Assembly (NCBI RefSeq): GCF_004962925.1
Contig: NZ_SUEO01000001.1
Coordinates: 109,164-173,163 of the forward strand
DNA from: Mesorhizobium sp.
GTDB taxonomy: Bacteria > Pseudomonadota > Alphaproteobacteria > Rhizobiales > Rhizobiaceae
Length of the DNA stretch: 64,000 nucleotides
Reading direction: 5' to 3'
Below the pieces are notes generated by a model, which was not told where the DNA came from, searched no databases, and saw nothing but the letters and a program-made list of their open reading frames with translations. Both the position numbers and the translations under genes were made by a program. This document shows, piece after piece, positions 49,450 to 58,785 of the stretch. Position 1 is the first letter of the stretch. Each line of letters starts with the position of its first letter.

Positions 49450-50787
49450 ATGGATAACTCCGCCGGCGGCGCCATCGCGCAGCCCGACACTTACGGGCGG
49501 CCTCACTTAGCCGCCGTCGACTCCCGCGTTCACGAACTGCTTCTAAGACAGGAGCGCCAGGAGCGGACAACTCTCAAACTGATCGCCTCCGAGAACTTTG
49601 CCTCCTCGGCGGTGTTGGAAGCGACCGGGTCGATTTTCACCAACAAGTATGCCGAGGGATACCCCGGTGCGCGCTACTACGCCGGAAACGAGATCGTCGA
49701 TGAGCTTGAGACCCTCGCGATCGAGCGCCTGAAAGCGCTATTTGGCAGTGAACACGCCAACGTCCAGCCTTATTCAGGCTCGCCAGCCAACCAGGCTGTC
49801 TATCGCGCGCTTTTGAGCCCCCGTGACAAAGTCATGGGCTTGCCTTTACCCGAAGGCGGCCATCTGACTCACGGTTGGTCCGTCAATTTTTCCGGCAGCG
49901 ATTATCAGCGCGTCCCGTACAGGCTGCACGAAAAGACACAGCAAATTGACTATGACCACTTGCGCGAGACCGCCAAGGGGGAACGCCCGAAGCTAATTTG
50001 GGTCGGCGGAACTGCTTATCCGCGTATTTTTGACTACGCGGCAATGGCCGAAATTGCTTCGGAGGTGAACTCGTATCTGGTGGCTGACATCGCCCACATC
50101 TGCGGCCTGGTTGTCGCAGGAGTGCATCCGAACCCCGTGTCCCATTGCGATGTGGTCACCAGCACCTCTCACAAGTCGATCCGCGGTCCCCGGGGTGGCT
50201 TCATTTTATCAAGGAATGAAGACCGTTATCAGCCCCTCCATCATCCGAAGAGCAAACACAATCTGGCCAAACGTATAGACCGCGCCGTGTTCCCTCTTCT
50301 GCAAGGCGGACCGCATATGAATACTATCGCCGCGCTTGCCGTCGCTTTGCAGGAAGCAGCGAACTCGTCCTTTCGTGTCTACGGTCAGCAGATCGTCCAC
50401 AACGCCAAGGCTCTGGCCCAGGCGCTTCTGGAGCGAGGTTATGAACTCGTCACCGGGGGCACTGACAATCACATGCTGATCCTTGATCTTCGGGACCGGC
50501 CGCTGTCAGGCAAAGCCTATGCGGAGCGCTTATCGCGTGCAGGCATCATTGCGAATTTCAATATGGTCCCGGGCGACCGGCGGCATCCGGCGCTGACAAG
50601 CGGCATCCGCTTAGGGACACCAGCGGTGACGTCCATGGGCATGCGCGAAACGGAGATGGTGCAGATCGCCGCTTTCATCGACTCGGTCTGCCGCCAGCCC
50701 GATGACCAGGAAGTTCATGCGAGCGTACGAAGAGACGTTGCCGACTTCTGCACTGCGTTCGATGTTCCCGGCATCCCCGACCGATAA
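49450..50787 (+). CDS. glyA: Serine hydroxymethyltransferase (divergent copy)
   Basis: LIASENFAS, KYAEGYPGARYYAGNE, NVQPYSGSPANQAVY, PLP-lysine region TSTSHKSIRGPRGG, and GGTDNHMLILDL. Confidence 0.9.
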   Translation: MDNSAGGAIAQPDTYGRPHLAAVDSRVHELLLRQERQERTTLKLIASENFASSAVLEATGSIFTNKYAEGYPGARYYAGNEIVDELETLAIERLKALFGSEHANVQPYSGSPANQAVYRALLSPRDKVMGLPLPEGGHLTHGWSVNFSGSDYQRVPYRLHEKTQQIDYDHLRETAKGERPKLIWVGGTAYPRIFDYAAMAEIASEVNSYLVADIAHICGLVVAGVHPNPVSHCDVVTSTSHKSIRGPRGGFILSRNEDRYQPLHHPKSKHNLAKRIDRAVFPLLQGGPHMNTIAALAVALQEAANSSFRVYGQQIVHNAKALAQALLERGYELVTGGTDNHMLILDLRDRPLSGKAYAERLSRAGIIANFNMVPGDRRHPALTSGIRLGTPAVTSMGMRETEMVQIAAFIDSVCRQPDDQEVHASVRRDVADFCTAFDVPGIPDR

Positions 50788-50844
50788 GCCACCCCAATCC
50801 AGAAACTCCTCACTAACTCCAGCACTTGAAGCGAGGGCATTTTT

Positions 50845-52020
50845 ATGACCAGGCAGTTCGTGTTCTCTTCCGAATCCGTCGGCGCGGGACACCCCGATAA
50901 GATGGCAGACAACATCTCCGATGCCATTCTCGATGCGGTCCTGCGCACCGATCCGAAGGCGCGCGTCGCCTGTGAAGTGTTGGTGAAGACGGGGATGGTC
51001 GTTGTGGCTGGCGAGATCACCAGCCATGCCCACATCGATTACAGCCAAGTCGCCCGCGATACGATACTCGATATTGGCTACGACGATGATGCGATTGGCT
51101 TTGATGGTCGACGTTGCGCCGTCGTTCTGGCCCTCACCGAGCAGTCGCCCGACATAAGCCAGGGCGTTGATGAAGGACGAGGGCAGGATCTCGGGCAAGG
51201 GGCAGGGGATCAGGGCATCATGTTTGGATTCGCATGCAACGAGACGGATACATTGATGCCCCTGCCGATCCAACTCGCTCACCATTTGACGAAAAGACAG
51301 GCCGAGGTCCGGAAAGCGGGACAGCTTGGCTGGCTGCGTCCGGACGTGAAATCTCAAGTGTCCGTACGCTACGAAGGGCTCCGCCCGGTGGCGCTGGATA
51401 CCATAGTCCTGTCGACGCAGCATGACGAAGCGGTCTCACAAGCCACGGTCCGCGAAGGCGTCATTGAGGAGATCATAAAACCGGTCCTGCCGGCCCACCT
51501 GGATACTTCGGGGATCAGATTTCTGGTCAACCCAACAGGGCGGTTCGTGGTCGGTGGGCCTGCCGGCGACTGCGGCCTCACAGGACGGAAGATCATCGTC
51601 GATTCCTACGGTGGGACCGGGCGTCACGGCGGCGGTGCCTTTTCGGGCAAGGACCCATCCAAGGTTGACCGCTCGGCGGCCTATGCCGCCCGGTATGTCG
51701 CGAAGAACATCGTTGCCAGCGGCCTTGCGGAGGTCTGCGAGGTTCAGCTTGCCTACGCGATCGGCGTGGCCAGTCCGGTTTCTGTCATGGTCAATACCTT
51801 CGGAACCGCAAGGATCGAGGAAAAAAGGATCGAGCGCCTTGTTCTCGAGGTTTTCAATCTCCGACCGAAAGGCATCATCAAGATGCTTGATCTCTTACGC
51901 CCGATATACCGCAAGACGGCGACATACGGACACTTCGGGCGTGAAGAGCCTGAGTTCACTTGGGAGAAGACGGACAAAGCTGACGATTTGCTGCGTGAAG
52001 CAGGACCGGCAGCTGCGTGA
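50845..52020 (+). CDS. metK: S-adenosylmethionine synthetase, short enterobacterial-type
   Basis: [81 protein letters not shown]. It is 391 aa and collinear with E. coli MetK, without the insertions I remember in alpha-proteobacterial MetK. Confidence 0.95.
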   Translation: MTRQFVFSSESVGAGHPDKMADNISDAILDAVLRTDPKARVACEVLVKTGMVVVAGEITSHAHIDYSQVARDTILDIGYDDDAIGFDGRRCAVVLALTEQSPDISQGVDEGRGQDLGQGAGDQGIMFGFACNETDTLMPLPIQLAHHLTKRQAEVRKAGQLGWLRPDVKSQVSVRYEGLRPVALDTIVLSTQHDEAVSQATVREGVIEEIIKPVLPAHLDTSGIRFLVNPTGRFVVGGPAGDCGLTGRKIIVDSYGGTGRHGGGAFSGKDPSKVDRSAAYAARYVAKNIVASGLAEVCEVQLAYAIGVASPVSVMVNTFGTARIEEKRIERLVLEVFNLRPKGIIKMLDLLRPIYRKTATYGHFGREEPEFTWEKTDKADDLLREAGPAAA

Positions 52021-52121
52021 GGGCGGCTGGATCAAGCGCATGCGGCAACCCATTTCAACTCGCGAGACCACGCCCGGCCGGCATGGCAAGAAGCCGGCTC
52101 GGGTTTTTGGCGGAGATTTTG

Positions 52122-53135
52122 ATGCCGGATTATGACGTGCTCTGCATCGGCAATGCCATTGTCGACATCATCGCCCAGTGCGACGATGCATTCCTCGAGA
52201 CCAACGGCATCATCAAGGGCGCGATGAACCTCATCGACACAAGGCGCGCCGAGCTGCTCTACAGCCGCATGGGTCCGGCGATCGAGGCGTCCGGCGGCAG
52301 TGCCGGCAACACGGCGGCCGGCGTCGCCAGCTTCGGCGGCCGCGCCGCCTTCTTCGGCAAGGTCTCCAACGATGCGCTGGGCGAAATCTACGCCCACGAC
52401 ATCCATGCGCAAGGCGTCGCCTTCGACACCAGGCCGCTCAAGGGCGAGCCGCCGACGGCGCGCTCAATGATCTTCGTCACCCCCGACGGCGAGCGCTCGA
52501 TGAACACCTATCTCGGCGCCTGCGTCGAGCTCGGGCCTGAGGATGTCGAAGCCGACAAGGCCTCTGGCGCCAAGGTCACCTATTTCGAAGGCTATCTGTG
52601 GGATCCGCCGCGCGCCAAGGAAGCGATCCGGCAGACGGCCAGGCTGGCGCACGCGGCAGGCCGCGAAGTGTCGATGACACTTTCGGATTCGTTCTGCGTC
52701 GACCGCTACCGAGACGAGTTCCTCGAGCTGATGCGCTCGGGCACCGTCGATATCGTCTTTGCCAACAGCCACGAGATCAAGTCGCTCTACCAGACATCGT
52801 CGTTCGAGGAGGCGCTGGCGCAGATCCGCAAGGATTGCCGCATCGCCGCCGTGACCCGATCGGAAAAAGGCTCGGTGATCGTGCGCGGCGACGAGACCGT
52901 GGTGATCAAGGCGACCGCGATCAAGGAGCTGGTCGACACCACAGGCGCCGGCGATCTCTATGCCGCCGGCTTCCTGCATGGCTACACGCAAGGCCGCGAC
53001 TTGCAGACCTGCGGCGACCTTGGCTCACTGGCAGCCGGATTGGTGATCCAGCAGATCGGCCCCAGGCCCCGTCAGAATTTGCGCCGCGAGGCCGAGCAGG
53101 CGGGGCTGACCATTCCGGACCTTCAAACGAGTTAG
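52122..53135 (+). CDS. PfkB-family adenosine kinase
   Basis: [19 protein letters not shown]..., [10 protein letters not shown], and C-terminal [18 protein letters not shown] chose the start ATG 52122 inside the track ORF. Confidence 0.8.
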   Translation: MPDYDVLCIGNAIVDIIAQCDDAFLETNGIIKGAMNLIDTRRAELLYSRMGPAIEASGGSAGNTAAGVASFGGRAAFFGKVSNDALGEIYAHDIHAQGVAFDTRPLKGEPPTARSMIFVTPDGERSMNTYLGACVELGPEDVEADKASGAKVTYFEGYLWDPPRAKEAIRQTARLAHAAGREVSMTLSDSFCVDRYRDEFLELMRSGTVDIVFANSHEIKSLYQTSSFEEALAQIRKDCRIAAVTRSEKGSVIVRGDETVVIKATAIKELVDTTGAGDLYAAGFLHGYTQGRDLQTCGDLGSLAAGLVIQQIGPRPRQNLRREAEQAGLTIPDLQTS

Positions 53136-53200
53136 TGGCCTACCTTCCCGTTGTGCAGGCTATCTCGCCAGAAGCGCAATCACGGAATAGGGAAATCCTG

Positions 53201-54235
53201 ATGTCGAACATGATGAAGGCGCTGGTGAAGGCCAAGGCCGAACCGGGCATCTGGATGGAAGAGGTGCCGGTGCCGGAGATCGGCCCCAACGACGCGCTGA
53301 TCAAGATCAAGAAGACGGCGATCTGCGGCACCGATGTGCACATCTACAATTGGGACCAGTGGGCGCAGAAGACGGTGCCGGTGCCGATGGTGACGGGCCA
53401 TGAATTCGTCGGCACCGTTGCCGATTTCGGCGCAGCGGTCACCGAATACAAGGTCGGCCAGCGTGTATCGGGCGAAGGCCACATCGTCTGCGGCCATTGC
53501 CGCAACTGTCGCGCCGGGCGAGGGCATCTGTGCCGCAACACGCTCGGCGTCGGCGTCAACCGTCCGGGCGCGTTCGGCGAGTATCTGGCGATCCCGCAGC
53601 ACAATGTCGTGCCGATCCCCGACGATGTGCCCGATGAGATTGCCGCGATCTTCGATCCCTTGGGCAATGCCGTCCACACCGCATTGTCCTTCGATCTGGT
53701 CGGCGAGGACGTGCTGGTGACTGGCGCCGGGCCGATCGGCATCATGGGCGCGCTCGTCGCGCAATGCGTCGGCGCGCGCAAAGTAGTGATCACCGACATC
53801 AACCCGGTGCGGCTGGCGCTGGCCAAGAAACTCGGCGTGCAGCATGTCGTCAACGCCTCGAAGGAAAAGCTGCGCGATGTCATGCCGGTGCTCGGCATGA
53901 CCGAGGGGTTCGACGTCGGCCTTGAAATGTCGGGCGCAGCCCCCGCCTTCCGCGACATGATCGACACCATGAACCATGGCGGCAAGATCGCCATTCTGGG
54001 CATTGCGCCGACCGGCTTCGAAATCGACTGGAACAAGGTCATCTTCAAGATGCTGCATCTCAAGGGCATCTACGGCCGCGAGATGTTCGAGACCTGGTAC
54101 AAGACGATCGCCCTGGTGCAAGGTCCACTCGACGTCTCCGGCCTGATCACCCACCGCATCGGCATCGACGATTTTCAGGCTGGTTTCGATGCAATGCGCA
54201 GCGGCAGTTCCGGCAAGGTGGTGATGGACTGGTAG
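53201..54235 (+). CDS. tdh: L-threonine 3-dehydrogenase
   Basis: [45 protein letters not shown]...GHEFVG...[21 protein letters not shown], and Rossmann motif [10 protein letters not shown]. The start ATG 53201 lies inside the long track ORF 52598-54235. Confidence 0.9.
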   Translation: MSNMMKALVKAKAEPGIWMEEVPVPEIGPNDALIKIKKTAICGTDVHIYNWDQWAQKTVPVPMVTGHEFVGTVADFGAAVTEYKVGQRVSGEGHIVCGHCRNCRAGRGHLCRNTLGVGVNRPGAFGEYLAIPQHNVVPIPDDVPDEIAAIFDPLGNAVHTALSFDLVGEDVLVTGAGPIGIMGALVAQCVGARKVVITDINPVRLALAKKLGVQHVVNASKEKLRDVMPVLGMTEGFDVGLEMSGAAPAFRDMIDTMNHGGKIAILGIAPTGFEIDWNKVIFKMLHLKGIYGREMFETWYKTIALVQGPLDVSGLITHRIGIDDFQAGFDAMRSGSSGKVVMDW

Positions 54236-54669
54236 GGATTGCCTTGGCCGCTCTTCAGGAAAAGCTGACGGGACAGCACCCTCTGGTCCGCCGGACATCT
54301 TCCAACGAGGGGAACATGGCTGGGTGGAGAGCTATGGCTCCGCTACGTGCGCCCGCTAATCATGATACGGCGACGTATCGCGGCCCATCCGATAACGGTC
54401 GATGGTGGCAATTCGCCTCAGCCGATGACGGAAACCCGGTGAACGGATGCTCACAGGCCCCCACGCGATCGTCTATTTCCTAAGATCTGCGATTGAGGTC
54501 GAGGTGTTGCCGCCGTTTCAGCGGGTAAGATGCGTTAGACGACTTCCGGTACCTTCCGGTCAGCGAATTAAGGAAGGCAACGAGCCGCATTGCCTCAAGC
54601 AAAATGTTACCAATAGTGTCCTGTTCCAAAGGGGATGGACAGGTCGTGCCATTCCGGTTCGGGGGAAGG

Positions 54670-55180
54670 ATGGCGCGGCTCAGCATGGCGACACGGTGAA
54701 GCGGCGATCGTGGAGCTTTATTGCGGCGTTGACAAGCGGCGCATTCTGGATGAGTTCGAGGCGGTAAGCGGCTATTATTCGCAAGCGCGCGATCCGTCTT
54801 ATGAACCGTCGTGAGCAGAGGCCGTCTGCGGGCAAGAGCCGCAGCCGCTGTTACGGCAGCGATGTCCGCGACGCGCTCATCGTGTTGTGGGAGGATTCGG
54901 AGCGGCTGGGTCCGCATCGACGCTCGCGGCGGCCAGCGCCGCCGGGCAGGAATGAGTTCGCAGTTCGCCGCTCGGTGCCAGCCCGCACCTTCGGCGATTG
55001 GAAAGATCCGCCGCCCGGCTTTGTTGAGCGCATTCGGGCACGTCTTCGTCAGGGAGCTTCGTGCAGACGATGGTGCTGACCGGGATTGCCGCCGGCTGGA
55101 CCGAATGCATTCCGCTCCGCACGCGCGACAGCGGCAATGTGATCATGGCGATCAAGCAGGCCCGCTCCCGGTTTCGCTGA
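54670..55180 (+). pseudogene. DDE (rve-type) transposase relic, family uncertain
   Basis: MARLSMATR..., ...RILDEFEAVSGYY..., YGSDVRDALIVLWEDSER..., TFGDWKDPPPGFVE..., LTGIAAGWTECIPL... are spread over several frames with internal stops. Confidence 0.5.
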
Positions 55181-55583
55181 CCCTGTGCTGCTGTTTGCCG
55201 GCATCCGCCCGCACAGGAAGAGCTTGTAAAAGCGGTCGGTGCGGAAATCGAGGAGCCGTTGGTCGTCGATCTTCAGCCTGAACGCGGTCGTTTGCTGGTG
55301 CCGCAAATCGGCTGTTGCATGTACATCCCTGTCAGACGTCAGTTTTCCTCGCCTATTTTTGGTGTCGAGCGCGAAGTGCTCTTTAGGACCAGATTGCAAC
55401 GCTTTTTGGAAATCTGAGAGCGGCTTTCCGCAGGGCGCTCCGTTTTTGAGCATTCAAGCTACCACAGCCAATGACGCGCAGGTTCCACCAGGCTCGCCAG
55501 CCTTGAAGGACAGCGAAAAAAGCAGAGCACGACAGACACAACAATCCATCAGGACACCGCAGTCGTTGAAGATGCGGCGCTGC

Positions 55584-55630
55584 ATCCATACCGTGGATGC
55601 ATTTGATCCAAATAATCGATTTGTTCAATC
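55584..55630 (+). promoter_or_regulatory. nod box upstream of ttsI
   Basis: ATCCATACCGTGGATGCATTTGATCCAAATAATCGATTTGTTCAATC contains both ATC-N9-GAT modules in the canonical orientation toward ttsI. Confidence 0.8.
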
Positions 55631-55655
55631 AGTTTCTCGAAAGCTAACCCTACCC
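55625..55655 (+). promoter_or_regulatory. tts-box-like element overlapping the 3' end of the nod box
   Basis: TCAATCAGTTTCTCGAAAGCTAACCCTACCC. 19 consecutive nt (TCAGTTTCTCGAAAGCTAA) are identical to the nopX tts box. The only core difference is GTCAG to ATCAG. Confidence 0.55.
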
Positions 55656-55949
55656 TCTGTGGGAATCGGGCTCTGAGCCGCGACGCTGCCTTGCGAGCGT
55701 AGGGGCTGCACGTAGGAGAGATGATGCAACGAGAAATCGCACGCGGGTTGCTGGCGTCGTGGGTTCGCCGACCGGCGTATTTGAGCCCGCCAGTTGGTCC
55801 TCACCCGCGCCTATTGCCACCGAGCGACTTGCATGTCCCTCCGACTCGGACCAGTTCCGAGAGCTGCGACGAGTTGCGCGCCGTGTGCTCCGATCAGATG
55901 GCCGCCGGTGACGCGTTCGATGGGCCGTCCCTCTTCGATAGGAGATGAA

Positions 55950-56636
55950 ATGCGAACGCTGCTCGTGGATCATCATGCGGATCTTGCGCGCGCCATGCGA
56001 CTTGCGCTCGGGGATGGCGGCTTCGTCGTTGATGTCGTTGGTACTCTGGAACTGGCCTCGAGTGCATTTTCTTGCGCCAGCTATGAAATTCTCCTGCTGG
56101 AATTGGCTCTGCCAGATGGCGATGGCTTGGGTTGGCTGAGGCAGTTGAGGACCCACGGGCATTCAGTTCCTGCCGTCATTATGAGCAGCCTCAACGATCT
56201 CGATAAGCGAATTGCGATCTTCAACGGTGGTGCGGACGACTTTCTGCTCAAACCCGTCTCTACCGATGAGCTTATCGCCAGAATGAGAGCCATTCTGCGC
56301 CGGGCGACACAAATGACCGACCTGAGGCTCGTATTTGGCAATCTCAACTTCGATCCGGTCGCCCGACAGGTTTTCGTTGCTGGGCACCCAATGATGATCG
56401 CACGTCGCGAACTCTGTATTCTAGAGCATCTGCTTAACCGGGCAGGCCGCGTCGTGCCCCGTGCGCAGCTGGAAGATCACCTCTATTCGTTCAACGACGA
56501 CGTGTCTGCCAACGCGCTTGAAGTCGGAATCTATCGTTTACGTGGACATCTGACCAGATCAGGTGCAACGCCACGGATCAAGACCATCCGTGGCATTGGT
56601 TACATTCTAGAATTGACTGACGCGTCATCCGCATAG
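55950..56636 (+). CDS. ttsI: TtsI, OmpR-family activator of tts-box promoters
   Basis: Start MRTLLVDHH at 55950 behind GGAGA. The receiver has Glu in place of the phospho-acceptor Asp (ILLLELALPDGDG vs VILLDVHLPDGNG in the regulator at 19113). The winged helix is C-terminal. Confidence 0.9.
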   Translation: MRTLLVDHHADLARAMRLALGDGGFVVDVVGTLELASSAFSCASYEILLLELALPDGDGLGWLRQLRTHGHSVPAVIMSSLNDLDKRIAIFNGGADDFLLKPVSTDELIARMRAILRRATQMTDLRLVFGNLNFDPVARQVFVAGHPMMIARRELCILEHLLNRAGRVVPRAQLEDHLYSFNDDVSANALEVGIYRLRGHLTRSGATPRIKTIRGIGYILELTDASSA

Positions 56637-56662
56637 TTTGTCGAATCGAAAGAAGATCTATT

Positions 56663-58129
56663 TTGCTGATCCTTCAACATCCTTGCCATGCGCTCAATTG
56701 GCGGGCGATCGCCATCAAGGTTCCTAGACCTGCAGTGCCCCGTTACCTGGGCCATCTCCTCTGTGCGCTTATTGTGACTTTCCCACTTGGTGTCGCGGCG
56801 CAAAACAAGCAGGACAAAGGCGCGCCGCGTGCGGCTTCGAATAGCATCAACGCCACGCTGACCCTTTCCTCTTCGCTCGGGGAGACCGTTCATCTGCCCG
56901 CGCCAGCCACGACCATCTTTGTTGCTGACCCCACGATCGCGGATTTTCAGGCACCATCGAGCAAAACAATCTTCGTCTTTGGCAAGAAATCGGGGCGGAC
57001 CAGCCTATTCGCCTTGGATGGCAACGGCGAGCCTCTCGCCGAATTGCGTATCGTTGTCACGCAACCGATCGGGGATTTACGCGCCATGTTGCGGGAGCAG
57101 GTCGGCGACTATCCCATCCGCGTCAACTATACGCCGCGCGGCGCAATCCTTAGCGGGACAGCGCCCGACGCAGAGGTCGCCGACACCGCAAAAAGAGTCA
57201 CTGAGCAATATCTGGGCGACGGAGCGCAAGTCGTCAACAACATCAAGGTCGCTGGATCCCTGCAAGTTAACCTCAGCGTGCGCGTAGCCGAAGTCTCACG
57301 CAGCGCCATGAAGTCACTCGGCGTCAACCTGTCCGCCTTCGGTCAAATCGGCAATTTCAAAGTGGGCGTTCTAAGCGGAAGCGGTGCAAGCGCTGGGTCT
57401 GGTTCAACCCAGGGTGGCGGTACAGCAGAAATCGGATTCGACAACGGTGCCGTCAACGTCAGCGCGGTTCTCGACGCGCTCGCCAAGGAGCATATAGCGT
57501 CCGTCCTGGCTGAGCCGAACCTCACCGCCATGTCGGGTGAAAAAGCCAGCTTTCTCGCTGGCGGCGAATTTCCCATTCCTGTCCTGCAGGAAAACAGGCA
57601 GGTATCGGTTGAATTCCGTCACTTCGGCGTCAGTCTGGAATTTGTGCCGACAGTTCTCAGCAACAATCAAATCAACATTCACGTAACGCCCGAAGTCAGT
57701 GAACTGTCGACGCAAGGTGCCGTGCAAATCAACGGAATTTCCGTGCCGGCAGTTTCCACGCGCCGAGCCGATACGGTCGTCGAACTCGCCAGTGGGCAGA
57801 GCTTCGCAATCGGCGGTCTAATCAGGCGGAACGTCAACAATGATGTCAGGGCCTTTCCCTGGCTCGGAGAAATGCCGATCCTGGGACCGCTTTTTCGCTC
57901 GTCCTCGTTTCAAAAAGAGGAGTCAGAACTGGTCATTCTAGTTACGCCTTACATTGTAAGACCAGGCTCCAACCCAAACCAGATGAGCGCACCTACCGAG
58001 CGGGCGGCACCGGCTTTGAACGGAGGGGGCGCTCCGACGAATTCCGTGGCAAGTCCCCCGCGAGACCGCGCTGCTATCCGTGCGGGCGCGCCAAGCGCCC
58101 AGGGCGGTCTCGGCTTCATCATCGAATAG
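56663..58129 (+). CDS. rhcC2: T3SS secretin, C-terminal part (RhcC2)
   Basis: Secretin domain (LAKEHIASVLAEPNLTAMSGEKASFLAGGEFPIPV...TRRADTVVELASGQSFAIGGLI...PWLGEMPILGPLFRSS...ELVILVTPYIV). The track start is a TTG. The alternative GTG at 56735 gives a clean signal peptide. Confidence 0.9.
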   Translation: MLILQHPCHALNWRAIAIKVPRPAVPRYLGHLLCALIVTFPLGVAAQNKQDKGAPRAASNSINATLTLSSSLGETVHLPAPATTIFVADPTIADFQAPSSKTIFVFGKKSGRTSLFALDGNGEPLAELRIVVTQPIGDLRAMLREQVGDYPIRVNYTPRGAILSGTAPDAEVADTAKRVTEQYLGDGAQVVNNIKVAGSLQVNLSVRVAEVSRSAMKSLGVNLSAFGQIGNFKVGVLSGSGASAGSGSTQGGGTAEIGFDNGAVNVSAVLDALAKEHIASVLAEPNLTAMSGEKASFLAGGEFPIPVLQENRQVSVEFRHFGVSLEFVPTVLSNNQINIHVTPEVSELSTQGAVQINGISVPAVSTRRADTVVELASGQSFAIGGLIRRNVNNDVRAFPWLGEMPILGPLFRSSSFQKEESELVILVTPYIVRPGSNPNQMSAPTERAAPALNGGGAPTNSVASPPRDRAAIRAGAPSAQGGLGFIIE

Positions 58130-58138
58130 TGTCGTCCA

Positions 58139-58702
58139 ATGATGTTGCGTTTTATAATCCTCTTTGTCGCTCTGGCACCAAGCGTAAGTGGCTGCACCAG
58201 CACTACGCCAGTTGATGTCGAACCATCGGCACCAATGCTTATCCGAGAGGAGACCACCGTCCTGACGTTGCAAAGCCTGCGCGCTTCCGAACGGCAGCGT
58301 TTGCGTGTTTTCCTAGACAAGGCCAGTCGCGGCCGGTTCGATGCCCTCCACCTCCTCATCAGCGGTTCGCCCCAGCTCAGCGCAGGGGTAGCCCATCAGG
58401 CCAGGCAGTTGGCAATCGAAGCAGACAACATTCAATTGCTCGATCAACACGACGCCGGCTCAGTGCGAATTGAGGCGATTGTCTATCACGCCCGTCCGCC
58501 GGTCTGTCCCTCATATGGTGCTTTACCCAATGAAGAATCCTTCAAACAGCCGCTTGGTTGTTCGACAGGATATAACCTGGCCGTGATGGTCAACGATCCG
58601 CGCGATCTGCTCGACAATCAGGCCGTCAAGTCCGGCGATGGCGATCGTGCTTCTATACCAGTTGCCACTTACAGAACATTCGGGACGGATAAAGGTGGCT
58701 GA
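58139..58702 (+). CDS. Lipoprotein downstream of rhcC2 (Y4xK-like, possible pilotin)
   Basis: Lipobox APSVSGC. Third gene of the ttsI-rhcC2 unit. Confidence 0.65.
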   Translation: MMLRFIILFVALAPSVSGCTSTTPVDVEPSAPMLIREETTVLTLQSLRASERQRLRVFLDKASRGRFDALHLLISGSPQLSAGVAHQARQLAIEADNIQLLDQHDAGSVRIEAIVYHARPPVCPSYGALPNEESFKQPLGCSTGYNLAVMVNDPRDLLDNQAVKSGDGDRASIPVATYRTFGTDKGG

Positions 58703-58785
58703 TACCGTCCCTTATCTTGGCAGCACTCCTACCGGGGATTGAAAGCTCCAATCTCGCCCTGATCTAAAATCAAAGGAACCGCTGG

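Noticed and set aside
52598-53200. N-terminal 201 codons of track ORF 52598-54235
   Set aside because: Arg/Gly-rich out-of-frame reading of the adenosine kinase gene. Tdh homology starts at ATG 53201.
53180-54298. 372-aa minus-strand ORF
   Set aside because: It is antisense to tdh, which has unambiguous homology, and is a typical GC-rich shadow ORF. The same reasoning applies to 4896-5744, 14043-14765, 19326-19931, 21271-21690, 28397-28885, 36764-37406, 39382-39936, 50611-51423, 52464-52991 and 59836-60405.
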